Position numbers and translations under genes: made by a program. Positions 48,603 to 61,299 of a stretch of 64,000 bases of DNA are shown here, piece by piece; position 1 is the first letter of the stretch, and each line of letters opens with the position of its first letter. Origin of the DNA: Octopus sinensis. Its lineage: Eukaryota. The stretch spans positions 114,018,001 through 114,082,000 of the forward strand of contig NC_043002.1 in the NCBI RefSeq assembly GCF_006345805.1, given 5' to 3'. The notes beneath the pieces were generated by a model. That model was given only the letters and a program-made list of their open reading frames with translations. It was not told the DNA's origin and ran no database searches.

Positions 48603-49817
48603 GATAGGTTTAACTTCTATTTTCTATGCTGGCATGGGTTGCTCAGTTTGAGAGGATCCAGTGACCCACAGTGCTGCATTGTGCTTCATGTCAGCTTTTG
48701 CATGTTTTCTACAGCTGGATTGTTTTCCTAATGTCAAACACTTTACAATGTGTACTGGGTGCTTCTTTCATGCCACCAGCACCAGTGGGGTTGCCAAGTA
48801 ATTTGCAAGATAAAAAAGAACAAGAGGGGAAAAAGAGAAAAGCCCACTCGATTATGTGGGGGGGGGGTAATATTAATAATATGCATGACTGTACACACTG
48901 GGTTGTATTCCTATACCCATATTGCCCCATAAAACATGTCCCATATCTCATCTCCCTCCCCACCTTCCTGCAACAACTATCTCCCCATGGCACATATTAC
49001 ATCCCATAAGTCTTTGTGCTACCAGTTACTACTCCCCCACCCTCTTCTCTCCTTCATTCTCACTGTTGTCCCTTTCCATTTGCTTTGAGCTATCCCCACC
49101 TCACATATTGGCTATCATTCCCACTGCCCTCTCATGTCTTCCAACATGTCCACTTACTATATCTACTCCTTATCTACATCTATATCTCCCTCCACATTGC
49201 TCCTATTCCTGTTCATCTTCCTCTCCTCCCTAAATCCTGAGCAACTCTTCCTCTCTCTTTTTCCCATCAAGCTGCACCCCCACCTGTTCATTTCTCACTA
49301 CATTCCCCTCTATTTTCATCTCTAATAATCTAGTACTCACCCCTCACATTTTTATAATCACCTCCCTGCTTCCTGATTCACTGCCAATATCATCGGTTAT
49401 TTCTTGAAGGCTTTTCTCTGGCACCCCATTGCTGCTGTCTTACCTTTTCCCTAGATACTCTTACCCACCCTTATAAAAATGTAGGGAAGCCACGTATTTT
49501 CCCCTCTGTTTGTCCCTGGCATAAAATCACCTTTCAACCCTCTCAAATATTACCCCCCCCCCACATAATCGAGTGGGCTTTTCTCTTTTTCCCCTCTTGT
49601 TCTTTTTTATCTTGCAAATTACTTGGCAACCCCACTGGTGCTGGTGGCATGAAAGAAGCACCCAGTACACATTGTAAAGTGTTTGACATTAGGAAAACAA
49701 TCCAGCTGTAGAAAACATGCAAAAGCTGACATGAAGCACAATGCAGCACTGTGGGTCACTGGATCCTCTCAAACTGAGCAACCCATGCCAGCATAGAAAA
49801 TGGAAGTTAAACCTATC
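48603..49817. repeat. 272-bp near-perfect inverted repeats (48603-48874 / 49546-49817)
   Basis: One mismatch seen by eye. ORFs 48671+ and 49543- share an identical 68-aa translation. Confidence 0.95.
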
Positions 49818-49874
49818 TATATAATATACATATAATATATATAAATTAGAGAATAATATACATATATGTATATA

Positions 49875-50125
49875 TGGCTTAGTGGTTAGGCTGTTGCACT
49901 CATGATTGTTAGATCATGGGTTCACTTCCCAGACCAGGTGGTACATTGTGTTCTTGAGCAAAACACTTCATTTCACATTGCTCCAGTCCCCTTTCAATCA
50001 AAAGAGAGTGTTGGCCTGCTTGCCTAGCCAGTTGAGTGGTGTCATTTGATGGCTAAAACAATGCAAAGCACATTGTGACCAGTGATGTGTAACGGCATCT
50101 GATAGTCTGGTCAGTCATGTAATCA
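49875..50125 (+). mobile_element. SINE family C
   Basis: A box TGGCTTAGTGG, B box GGTTCACTTCC, tgtgttcttgagcaaaacacttc segment. Confidence 0.75.
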
Positions 50126-50224
50126 AGTGATATATTTATATATATGTATGTATAATGCATGATAGATCTGTCTGTCTGTATGTCGGTATGTCTGCCTGCC
50201 TGTCTGTCTGTCTAACTATCCTTT

Positions 50225-50340
50225 GTACTATAGGCACGAGGCTTGAAATTTTGGGGGAGGGGACCAGTTGATTACATCGACTCCCAGTATGCAACTGGTG
50301 CTTATTTCATTGAGCCCTAAAAGGATGAAAGACAAAGTTG
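50225..50340 (-). mobile_element. SINE family B fragment
   Basis: gcaactggtgcttatttcattgagccctaaaaggatgaaagacaaagttg is the reverse complement of the family B domain. Confidence 0.7.
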
Positions 50341-50882
50341 AAAACAAAAAGAGGCTGTACCCATGGAATCTATTATTTTGATGCTCAGCGAAGGTGGAAA
50401 AATGAGTGAGATTTTAGCATTCCGAGCATAGCTCTCATCGGAAAGAAATTGGAGAAGTCCAGAGAAGGAAAAATTTCATGAACATGCAGGGGTTACATGG
50501 CTGAAGTAATATATATATATGTATATATAAAGTTAATCCAAACAAGAAAACACAAAAAAACAAAAAACACAACAACACGAGGACGTGGAACAAATAAAGT
50601 ATTATTGGACGCTCAGGAAAGAAGGGAAGAAGGAGGGTTTAACGTTTTGAGTGGAGCTCTTCGTCGGAAACATAGGAGAAGGAAAGATCCCGAGAAGGGA
50701 AGACAGAGGGAAAAAAATCACCAGTGGTACTCACGAGGTCACATATATATGTATATATATATATATATTCAGATGAATATGGTACTTAAGTTGAGGCACT
50801 AGAATTTAGTATGGTATTATCCATACAATTTCAAAATAAAGTGATGAAAATCAAAATAAGTAACAAGGATATCCAGAGGTAA

Positions 50883-50974
50883 TGCAGTACGATCGTTTCA
50901 TGCGACTCCATTTAATTGAACAATGCAATCATTATATTACATCAATTTAAAATGTAGAGCAATCTTCAGCTGCA
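50883..50974 (-). ncRNA. Type I hammerhead ribozyme motif with intact core
   Basis: Minus strand: TGCAG-CTGAAGA-(long imperfect stem II)-GAAAC-GATC-GTA-CTGCA. Perfect 5-bp stem I, palindromic loop III, GUA triplet. Confidence 0.8.
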
Positions 50975-51168
50975 CAAAGACATAGAATTTAATTAAATTA
51001 GAAGGACACATTAGTATAATTTTACCCAAAATCTCCAAGAGGATAAGGAGATAGACAAAGAACATGTTTTACCAACAACATCACAGTTGTTTTAAAAAGA
51101 TTCAAAACTCTGCAAAAATCTGGTACAAATTCTTCATGGTTCAAAATGTTGTTTACTTTTTACTCAAC

Positions 51169-51294
<126 letters not shown>

Positions 51295-51511
51295 TGTGTA
51301 TCTATACAGATAGATGTATACTTATAGAGCATGTATGTGTGGTTAAGAAACTTACTTTGCAACCATGAGATTTTGGGTTCAGTCTCACTGTGCAGTACCT
51401 TGGGTAAGTGTCTTCTACTTTAGCTCAGGCCGACCAACGCCTTGTAAGTGAATTTGGTAGATGAAAACTGTACTGAAGTCCATTGTGTGTATGTGTGTAT
51501 ATATATACATG

Positions 51512-51548
<37 letters not shown>

Positions 51549-51844
51549 GTTTAACGTCCATTTTCCATGCTAGCATGGGTTGGACGGAAATATATATATA
51601 TTTTTTTAGTTCGGCAAAAGGGGCTGATAGAGGCTTAAGAAAACATCTGATATTATTCCATCAATCTCTTTTGATGAATTGCTATGATACAGGGAAGTAA
51701 ACAAACCGACACCAGTTGTCAAGAGGTGGTAGAGACAAACACAAACACACAATTTACACACACACACACAGAAAGGTGGGTGCAAGGAATACATAGCTTT
51801 AAAGAGGAGGCAGTTAGCTTTTCTGCTGTCCATCACAAAGAAAC

Positions 51845-51877
51845 ACTCACACTCACACACACATACACACACACACA

Positions 51878-51917
<40 letters not shown>

Positions 51918-51970
51918 CATACACACACACACACCACACACACACACACACGCGCACACACACACGCACG

Positions 51971-52002
<32 letters not shown>

Positions 52003-52135
52003 CACATACATATGTACCTACATACATATATACAAACATACATGTCTACTATACACCATTTTAAACTTGTGATTACTTGTGTGTACGTTTGTAAATGTGT
52101 GTGTGTGTATGTGTGTGCATGTGTGTGTGTGTGTG

Positions 52136-52197
<62 letters not shown>

Positions 52198-52205
52198 GTG
52201 TGTGT
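51845..52205. repeat. (CA)n tract followed by (TG)n tract
   Basis: About 160 bp CA-rich, a ~70-bp spacer, then about 125 bp TG-rich. Confidence 0.9.
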
Positions 52206-52970
52206 ATGTGACGTCCTATAACTGTTTGTCTCTCTACTTTTGTAGGGTTTTCCCTGTTGCTGTCACATATTGTGAGATTTTAAAATTACATCAAAATTTT
52301 CAAATTTGGTATATTGAAATAATTTTCCCCGTAAAATCTGATTTTGTAATTTGTTCCAGAAAAATTGCAGAAAAATGTTACTGGGGTTTAAAGTTTAATC
52401 AGTTTTACCTAATCAGAAAACAGGATTTGGAAGCTGGCATTTTCTATATGATGAAAGCAAAATCATTCGAGGAGGAATTTTTATTAACCAAACGAAAGCA
52501 AAGGATTTCGACAACCAATTATAAGAATTTCTGAAGATTTAAAGAATAAAGTCAGGTGAAATAAAGTCAGGTGAACAGACATGTAAATAATTTAAAAAGG
52601 TAAAAAATCCTCAATGAAGTTTTTTGACAAAAAATTGCACAAATCTGTCCTGATCAAGTGGCCTTCCCTGCTGAGGAAGAAATGCTCTGACATGGAATAA
52701 ATAAAAATTTATATAAGACAATCTATTGTAAACATTGCTAGGTGGGTTACTCAGCTAGTGTGTGTGTGTATATATATATATATATTATATTAAATTAGAG
52801 ATAAAACTACTATTAGGCAAATCAAACAGTGAAAAACTTAAGCCAATACATAGAAATAAAATTAATTAAAAAATATAAAAAATATAAAATATAAAATATA
52901 AAAATCCAATTAAAATATTTAAATTAAAGTTAAAATTTTTAAAAATTATTTAAATTAATAAATTAAACTT

Positions 52971-53002
<32 letters not shown>

Positions 53003-53379
53003 GGGAAGCAGGCTTCTTCACCCCACAACCACGCCTGTGTTTCTGACTGTGTATACATTGAAAAACAACACATTTTAGTTTAGTAAAATATTGAAGGCGC
53101 GTACAAAGAAGTGAGTACAGAAAATAAACTTATATATATATATATATAAATGTACGGTTAAAAAGTGAGAATAACGAAAAGGGGAAGAAAAGAATAACCA
53201 ACAAAAAAGGAAAGGAAAATATAACAAATTGGGGAAAATAATGGTAGGAAGTGTAACTGGGTAAAGGGAAATAACTCGAAATCATAAAATGAAAACGTTC
53301 AGTTTTTCAGTTGTTCATAATTTCACAATTGTTTACACACACACACACAACACACACACACACACACACACACACACAT

Positions 53380-53690
53380 CTCTTTGTATCTTGACAGACT
53401 GTCTTAGCAACGGAGAATGTCTTAACTAGGCAGTCGTAGTCTTCTGCTTGCAGCTTTTTTCATGGCTGATCTTTCCTAAGTTCGATGAGTAAGTTCTGCC
53501 GCAAAATCTCCAAGCAAGGAAGGTGCTTGCATGGCAGCGGCGTGTTGTCTTCCTTTCTGTAGTCTTTTTGCTTCAAGGGCCAAGATGTTTTCTTCTTCTA
53601 GCTGTTTGATTCCTTTGTTCACTGAAGTCTTCGATGATGGTCTGTCCCCAGTTAACTTTTCCCAAATCGTTGCATTGATGTGACACTTGA
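53380..53690 (-). mobile_element. RTE/BovB-like LINE 3' fragment
   Basis: WEKLTGDRPS...GIKQLEEENI...KRLQ followed (after a frameshift) by a C..C...S..G..SH...C-like motif. Confidence 0.65.
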
Positions 53691-54560
53691 ATGAAGATGT
53701 CATGCAAATCTTGGTGGAACAAAATCCCATTGTAACTGTTGAGGAACTTAGATTTGGTCATCCAACCATTCATTGACACCTGTATGCCACCGAAAAAAAA
53801 GTCAGCAAATTGGGTCAATGGATTCTTCACAAACTTTCTGAGTGAATGTGTGCTCTTCTTTGCTCTCATGTCTCATGAATGAACCATTTTTGGACCAAAT
53901 AGTGATTGGGGATGAGAAATAGATTCTCTATAAAAATGTCAAGCACTGAAGACAGTGGGTAGGGAAAGGAGAAACACCAGCACTCCATGCTAAAGAAGGT
54001 CTTCACCCACGTAAGGTGTTGTCATCTGTTTGGTGGGATATGAAAGGTTTAGTCCACTTTGAATTTCTCAACCCAAACCAAGTGATAACAAAGGAGATCT
54101 ACTGGGAACAGCTGGAGTGGCTTAAGTCAGTGCTAGAAGAAAAATGACCATCTTTGGTATCAAGACGAAAGTTGTTCTTACATCTGGATAATGCTCAGCC
54201 ACAAACAGCAAGGATGACATTCCAAAGCTGGAGCAGTTTGAATGGAAACGATGCCCCAGTCATCATATTCACTGGACATTGCCCCATCTGATTATCATTT
54301 ATTCCGCAGTCTTCAAAATCATTTGGACAGAAAAAATATGAATTCTGTAGATGAGGTCAGAACAGTACTGGAAAAGTATTTTTCATCACGGACAAGTGAA
54401 TTTTGGAAGAGAGGCCTTGCAAGTCTACTAAATAGATGGAAGAGCATTGTAGAAAATGAAGGAGAGTACATTTTAGATTAAAAAAGAACTTTGCTTATCT
54501 TAATTTTGAAAAATAAAAGAAGTATAAAAAAAACCGCATTATTTATGAGATGACCCAATA
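53690..54560 (+). mobile_element. Mariner transposon relic (5'-truncated)
   Basis: KLGQWILHKLS; IVIGDEK; YSLDIAPSDYHLFRSLQNHL; TIR ccgcattatttatgagatgacccaa plus TA ending at 54560. Confidence 0.9.
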
Positions 54561-55529
54561 CATACATGCGTGTGTGTTTATATATATATATATATGTATG
54601 TATATAATTTTAAAATAGGATAAAATCTTTATAATAATATGGATAATGTGTTGGTGTATCTGAGGCAAGATAGTTTTAGTTTAGTAAGATATCAGGGTAA
54701 TGTCATTAGTAGGTTAGACTGGGAGTAAGATGAGAAGAAATGAAATAAAATAAAACAGGATCAAATACAACAGAGGTCGTAGAGTAGAAGGTGTTTCTAT
54801 TTTCTGTTATAAGTTGGTGGATATAAATTTTTTTTAAAGATCACAGATATAAAATCTTTAAAGATTTATGAATATAAGAGTTTTAAAAAGTTTTAAAAGC
54901 CTGTTTTTTTTTTAATTTTTTAATTTTTACATGTAAAGAGGCCAGACTAATATGGACCAACTCTTCTCTGAGATGAAAACAGGTTTGCATAGGGCCAGCA
55001 TCCTAAAAGCAAAGTCACAGGAGCAATGAAGGCAATTCAAAACCAGCAAGGCTTGAGAAAGATATCCCGGAGTTGAGAACAGTGGAGAGAAGTTGTCAAT
55101 GACCTGTTCTCCATAGGGAGTGAAGGGCTTAAGTGACCTCATACCCCACCACTAACCACTTCCCACTATCTTTCCTCACTGGGATGTTGGCCCTTTGGAA
55201 TCCTCTCCTTGATTAGTTTTTTCCTGCAACCATTGAACTACAACATGTTAAGAGCAATATTGATGAAATTAGTTTCACTAGCCCCGGAGGACATGTAAAG
55301 GCCAGGGGCACAGCATTTTTTAGACTAAAACAACTGAAAGAAGAAAAAATTCACCCATCCATCTATTTTCTCCATCCACTATTCCTGGATGGCTCATGGT
55401 CATCCCCTAGGTCTCCTGACAGTTGGCTCAGTTTGAAGAATCTATCTTGTAATCCTTTCCTGTAGCATTCTAATTACATGTCTGTAGTACCAGAGTTGTG
55501 ATCTCTCAATGTCAAGAAGTAAGAAGGCT

Positions 55530-55797
55530 AAAATTTAGGGTTAGGGTTAGGGTGAGGGTTAGTGACAGGATGTTGTCTCAGTTTTAGACGCAGCAAATGA
55601 TTTTAGCTCACAAGAGGCGATTGATTGGTTAAAATTCGAAAAATGAAACTACATTAAACAAACAAATTACAATTTTCTCAAGAAAGGCAAGAGAAAAAAA
55701 TGTTTTATTTTGACACATTCTACCAGTATACGAAGTTTAAAAGTGTTTAGTTTACCAGAAATTGTGTTGAAAAGTGCCGTTCAAAAGGAAAAGATCC
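55530..55797 (-). mobile_element. Second copy of the TTAGGG-containing repeat
   Basis: (TTAGGG)3 TGAGGG TTAG at 55535-55562; reverse-complement match to 38229-38550. Confidence 0.75.
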
Positions 55798-55931
55798 GGA
55801 GGGGCATAGTGGATTCAAATGGACAGAGCCCCCCCCCCCATTTATATAAATAATAAAAAAACCTGTCAATGAATCTGGCACCTCTAAGTGGAATCTTTTT
55901 AATACCAGAAAATATAAGACACCTTGGTCAT

Positions 55932-56162
55932 TTAACCCTTTAGCATTTAACCCTTTAACCATATCCGGCCCAAATTTTCTCCTTCTTTTATGTTCAAACC
56001 ATCTAGATCTGGCCTTTCACTCATATCCTACAATGTCATCCTCAAAATAAACCATCCCATCATCAAATTCTCAGAACTAAAAAATAATGCAGGATTAATT
56101 CAAAACAATGTGAATGAAAAAGCATTAGATTTGACAGAGTAATCTGAACACTAAAGGGTTAA
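55932..56162 (+). mobile_element. TTAA-type (piggyBac-like) MITE
   Basis: TTAA-CCCTTTAG ... CTAAAGGG-TTAA termini. Confidence 0.85.
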
Positions 56163-56729
56163 GGAAATGTCTTTGCAAGTGACTTAGGAAAGTCATAAGG
56201 AATATTACATCAGGAATTGGTTTCTTTTTAATGGTCCAGAATCAAAAGAAACTTTCAGAAATGACAGCTTATTCTCTTTTTGAACTTTTGGAGGGCTCAT
56301 TTCCCAGCATAGCGAATGGTACCAGGCAATATTTTTGCCATCTACCTACCCGCTATTTGCACATCAGTTTGTGAAACAGAGTGTGATTAAAAACCTAAAA
56401 TTGCACCAAAGGAGAAAAACAGTGAATTCTGATATTACAGTGAAAACTCTCCAGTCTTTGCCAGTTGCATTGGCAGGGAAATGTCGTTTTAAGAAGGTTT
56501 TTATTTGAGTATCATATTTGAGGACTAGGTTAAGTGAGTTCTCCAGTGTTGTAAGGCAATTTATTTTGGAGAAGGCTACTCCAATGTAAAACCTACAGTT
56601 TGTTGGTTAGTGCAATAATCTTATCTATGTGAGCCACTGTGGTCAGATCTCCAAGCCTAAAGACTAGATTGTGGAGACAGACTCTCTCTTTAAAACTGCA
56701 AAGCAAAAGTAGGAAGAAAAGCTTCATAG

Positions 56730-57414
56730 CAGTGTTTCTTGACCATTTTTTACCCATGGACCCTTTGATTCCTAATTTACTTTGATGTACCCTCCTAGCC
56801 AGCTGATGCTTAAAAAAATTACATTTTTTTTTTTATAATTAAATGTTACTAGTGTAGCAATATCGCTTCCCCATTGCTATCTTCACTGTTGGAGGAAAGC
56901 AAAAAGAATGATCTCGTTTGAGATAACAAACATCTTTGGCTGGTTTAACGCTGTTGTAAACACTAAGCTGATTGGTTGGCAGGTGACACATGGTCTCTAC
57001 ATAGTCCGCGCCACGTGACACGAATTGTCTCAACTTATTTTCGCGCCACTGTCACTAAACAGCCAATCACAGCCTTGGATTAAGATCCCATTTCTGAGGT
57101 CCGTTTGAGCCACCCAAACAAAATATAAAGGAGAGTTTTCAGACACTTTTCGTCTGTCGGCTTAAGACCTTCTAAGGTCTTGGTCGGAGACCATATAACC
57201 AGACATAACGGCATCACCAACTCCGTCGCTACCTACGAAGATTTAGCTCGTACATAAGATGGCTACAAAACCAACTCATACTGTTTGGTTGGCTCACTAG
57301 GAATTGTATAAACAAAATTGCTAAAACATTTTGTACATTGTCGAAGTATAAACAATTTATTGCTAATAAAATTTAACAACAAAATCTTATATGGACCCTG
57401 GTTGAAAACCACTG
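56730..57414. mobile_element. hAT/Charlie-type non-autonomous element with CpG-rich interior
   Basis: TIRs CAGTGTTTCTTGACC / GGTTGAAAACCACTG; degenerate 8-bp TSD cttcatag / ctctgtag. Confidence 0.7.
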
Positions 57415-57526
57415 CTCTGTAGTATCAAGTGTTGGTTTACATAGACACTTGAGGGCATGCTGCTCTTCCTCATAATCTTCAGACAAAAGAAAGCTACCAT
57501 CAAATGGAGATGAATTTGAATGGTTT

Positions 57527-57530
57527 ATTT

Positions 57531-57570
<40 letters not shown>

Positions 57571-57815
57571 AATTATTGTATACAGTGCTCAGGTGCACCA
57601 CAACTTGTATATGCAGTAATGTACAAATGTCTGGAAAGTGAACAGTGTATGAGTCAGATACATGCTTGCGTGTGTATGGAGGGGAGAAAATCAGGTGTAA
57701 TGTTGGCAAATCTCAGGAAGCATGGAAGTTTTGAAGGATGCAGTGCTCCGACAACTAACAACTGATGCCGGCAGTTTGTTCCATGCTTCAGCAACTCTTA
57801 GCGCGAAAAAAATGA
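57527..57815 (-). mobile_element. CR1/L2-like LINE 3' end with (ATT)n tail
   Basis: Minus strand FFSLRVAEAWNKLPASVVSCRSTASFKTS; tail (taa)n at about 57530-57570. Confidence 0.85.
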
Positions 57816-58155
57816 TTCCAAAAGTCATGGAAGAAATCCAAACCTTTTAGTGGCCTCAGAGAAAGTGCACCTGAGAATAAGCCAATGAACATTCTAACAT
57901 ATGATGAAATGGAAGAATGGTTGGCAACTGACAGACATTCCCGCTGAGAAAAGTTTTGCTGATTGAAATAAAATGAAAAAGTTTGTAATGATATAAAGCC
58001 CTTAATTAAAGTTTAATTTTGCAAAAGTGAAGTGAAATTAGTATTTTTATGCTACATGTAAAGTCCTTATAATAAGCTCATATCTGTGAGCTAGTTTTAA
58101 TAAGTGTGTTTGTAAATAAATTCAGTACATGTATGTTTTTATGTATTGTACATAA

Positions 58156-58455
58156 TCTTTATATATAAAAGTGAAGTTGTGTGTCTGTCTCCTACGATTT
58201 AGATTCCTAACTACTCCCACATTTTGCGGTGCAGTTTAACCAAAACCAGGTATCTTATAGTCGTGATTCATATCGAGCCCTTCTGGGTATTAGTGCGCGT
58301 CTATGATGAGTCTTCAATTTAAAAAAAAAATTTACCGTCATTTTTTCCCATTTTTAATGCATTTTTTCGCTATTATATAAGGGAAGTAAATCTCTAAAAA
58401 TGCTTATATAGTTATTTCCCTTACAAACCCGAGCAACGCCGGGCGATACTGCTAG
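58156..58455 (+). mobile_element. Non-autonomous Helitron
   Basis: A|TC start; hairpin cccgagcaacgccggg; CTAG|T end; paralog of 11951-12340. Confidence 0.9.
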
Positions 58456-59329
58456 TTGTACATACAACAATAATTAAAGTGTATCCACTGCCACAATAAC
58501 AGTACAGTATAGTAAAGTTTTTATTTTTTATTTTACTACAACTACTATTATTACTTTGTCGATCCCGGGAGGATGAAATGCAAAATTGACAGCGGCAGGA
58601 TTTGAACGTCAGAGAGCCAGAAGAAACATTCTATTGCTTTTGCGAATCTTCCGATCTACCACCAAAGTAGGCCAGAACTGACTTTTAAAGTTGTCTCCCT
58701 TCACATATTTCGGCCTTGATTTTGGAATTAGGTGTTGTATAATAATTCTATTGATTATCTCCCCTATGATAAGATAATTGCATTTATCAACTTTTCGACT
58801 GAGATATTCATTTTATTTCCCCTTTTGAGTAATCGTCGAACAGTTTACATTTTTTTTATATATGTGAAAACAAAGAAAGGGAAAAAAAAAACGTGCTAGA
58901 TTCTTTATTTAGATTTGACGTTGTAGTTTTATATCTATACGATATCAGTGTTTTAAAAAATGATTAATCATTGATGACCACTCAAAATATCGAAGTACAC
59001 GATACGGGACAAGTCAGAAATAGAGACATCCTCATCCTCCTCATCATCATCATCATTTAACGCCTGTTTTCCACACTGGCCTGGGTTGGACGATTCCACA
59101 AGAACTGGCAAGTCAGAAAACAGCACCAATCTCTACTGTCAGCTTTGGTCTGGCTTCTATGACTGGATGCTCTTCCCAACACCACAATCAGGAAAATAAT
59201 TCTAAGCTAATGAATGCTTAATTTGCACAACTTATGAATTTTGGATAGTATATAATCCTATTGAGGCCCATGGAAATATTTATTTAACAGAAAGCAATGA
59301 AGAAAACAGAAATACACATCTGCCAAAAC

Positions 59330-59559
59330 AATATTTAACATTTTATCAATCAAATTACTCAAATGCGATGCTTATTTATTTACACTGCTTTCGGTTAATC
59401 ATGCATTATCTTATGGCTCTGCGATTTCAGTGATGTAACTGCATATTTTTAGAATGACATTAATGTGGTAGGTGTGTGAGGCTGGATCTGGCTGGTTTCA
59501 GTATAAAACTGGTAGAATATTTGGGCTGGATACGACCAGTTTAAATGCAAAAGGGCTAA
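59330..59559 (-). mobile_element. TTAA-type MITE (diverged)
   Basis: Ends ccagtttaaatgcaaaagggctaa, the reverse complement of the family start. Confidence 0.6.
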
Positions 59560-59589
59560 AGTATTTTGGGGTCGCTTTTTACAATTAAT

Positions 59590-59985
59590 TTTCAAGTTAG
59601 GAGAATTTTCTTTTACTCTTTTACTTGTTTCAGTCATTTGACTGCGACCATGCTGGAGCACCGCCTTTAGTCGAGCAAATCGACCACAGGACTTGTTCTT
59701 TGTAAGCCTAGTACTTATTCTATCGGTCTCTTTTGCCAAACCGCTAAGTTACGGAAACGTAAACACATCAGCATCGGTTGTCAAGCGATGTTGGGGGGAC
59801 AAACACAGACACACAGACATATATATATGACAAGCTTCTTTCAGTTTCCATCTACTAAATCCATTCACAAGTCTTTGGTCGGCCCAAGGCTATAGTAGAA
59901 GACACTTGCCCAAGGTGCCACGCAGAACCATGTGGTTGGCAAGCAAGCTACTTACCACCCAGCCATTCCCACGCCTATTGGAACA
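59590..59985 (-). mobile_element. SINE family A
   Basis: Reverse complement of the full family A body. Confidence 0.9.
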
Positions 59986-60574
59986 TTTTTTTTTTTTTGC
60001 AGTGAGATTACTTATGAAGTTTAAAAGTAATCCCTTATGTCAGATAGGAATCTTTGTAAAACAGGAGCCCCACATTGTTGCTGTTAGCTGTGCTAAGGTT
60101 TGAACACACCCTGTGGCTGGTCTTCCAGCATCTTCACCAATGTACATAAGGCAAACAGAAAGATTTCCTTTGCTTTAATTGTAAATCTACTGGCAACCAA
60201 ATCAAGTAAATGAAGTATTGGACAGGCTCAGATGTTCCATGGAATGTAATACTTTTATTTTGCATTCCTCAATTCACCAAAGTATCAGGAGTAGGCATAA
60301 GATCATCTGAGAAAGTTATCTTGGATAAACTACATCCAATACCTAACTGGTACTTTATTTATTGGATCCAAAGTTGACTTGAACAGGATTTGAACTTAGG
60401 ACACAGAGTTAGAATGGATATCTTTTAAGAATTTTTACAGAACTTTTAAAAAGAGCAACACCAATTGGGTTGAATGGAGTTTTCTTGCTGGTGCACCTCA
60501 ACAAAGCAATGATCTTTAAAGCACAAAAACAAGATACTTCAAAGCAGTTAATGTATCTGTATTTCTCTCAAGAC

Positions 60575-60770
60575 AGTGAGTTGGCAGAATGGTTAGCACT
60601 CTGGGCAAAATGCTTAGCAGTATTTCCTGTCTTTACATTCTGAGTTCAAATTCTGCCAAGGTCAACTTTGCCCTTCATCCTTTTGGGATCGGTACAATAA
60701 GTACCAGTTGAACGATGGGGCTCAATGTAATTGATCCGAAATTGCTAGCCTTCTGCCAAAGGTTGGAACC
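60575..60770 (+). mobile_element. SINE family B (diverged)
   Basis: gagttcaaattctgccaaggtcaactttgcccttcatcc. Confidence 0.75.
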
Positions 60771-61299
60771 AACATGTCTGCATTGCTCTGAGAGGTGCAA
60801 TAGCCAGGAGGCCAAAATGGATAAGACTCTTTATTTATAGTTTAAAAGGTTGGGGAAAGAGAAGTCTACAAGGAGACTGTAACATGTGGCTACATGAGGC
60901 TAGCAAAAACCTTAGCCATGACTGCTTCTTTTATTTCATCTGTTACAGTCGGTCATCTGAAAAGGGCTTGTCTAAGACACTGCCTATTTCTTTGAACTTC
61001 TTAACCACTTTCCCCACTGTGGGAAAGGCAATGGGGGCTTTTAAAGGATTGACGTACATTAAAAGCATCTACCACCAGTTGATATGACCATCCCCCCCCG
61101 CATCAACTGAGTAGTACCAATTCAGTTCTTTCTTCTTTAGACAAACTCATATTCAATGTGCAGAGGGAGTGGGGAAAGACAAGGGAAAGAGATATTTCCC
61201 ATGTATTCAGACTTCATGGTCATCCTGTATTTCTCAAATACATGCATCTATTGATAAAATAATTACCTTCAGAGAACATTCATCTCTTTGTAAGGTGTT

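Larger units (their letters stand above)
46900..49817 (+). mobile_element. Highly decayed RTE LINE (RT, UTR, tail) with a SINE insertion and an inverted tail copy
   Basis: GRSTTDAFSIVRQLQEKYLAKSKPLFLAFFDLEKAFDRV at 47251-47433; the RT C-terminus resumes after 48215; tail ends at 49817. Confidence 0.75.

Noticed and set aside
48671-49009. Duplicated 68-aa peptide suggesting a gene pair
   Set aside because: The identity comes from the inverted DNA duplication of a decayed RTE tail; there is no coding evidence.
55535-55562. Telomere or chromosome-end signature
   Set aside because: Only 3-4 units, embedded in an interspersed repeat with a second copy at 38.5 kb.
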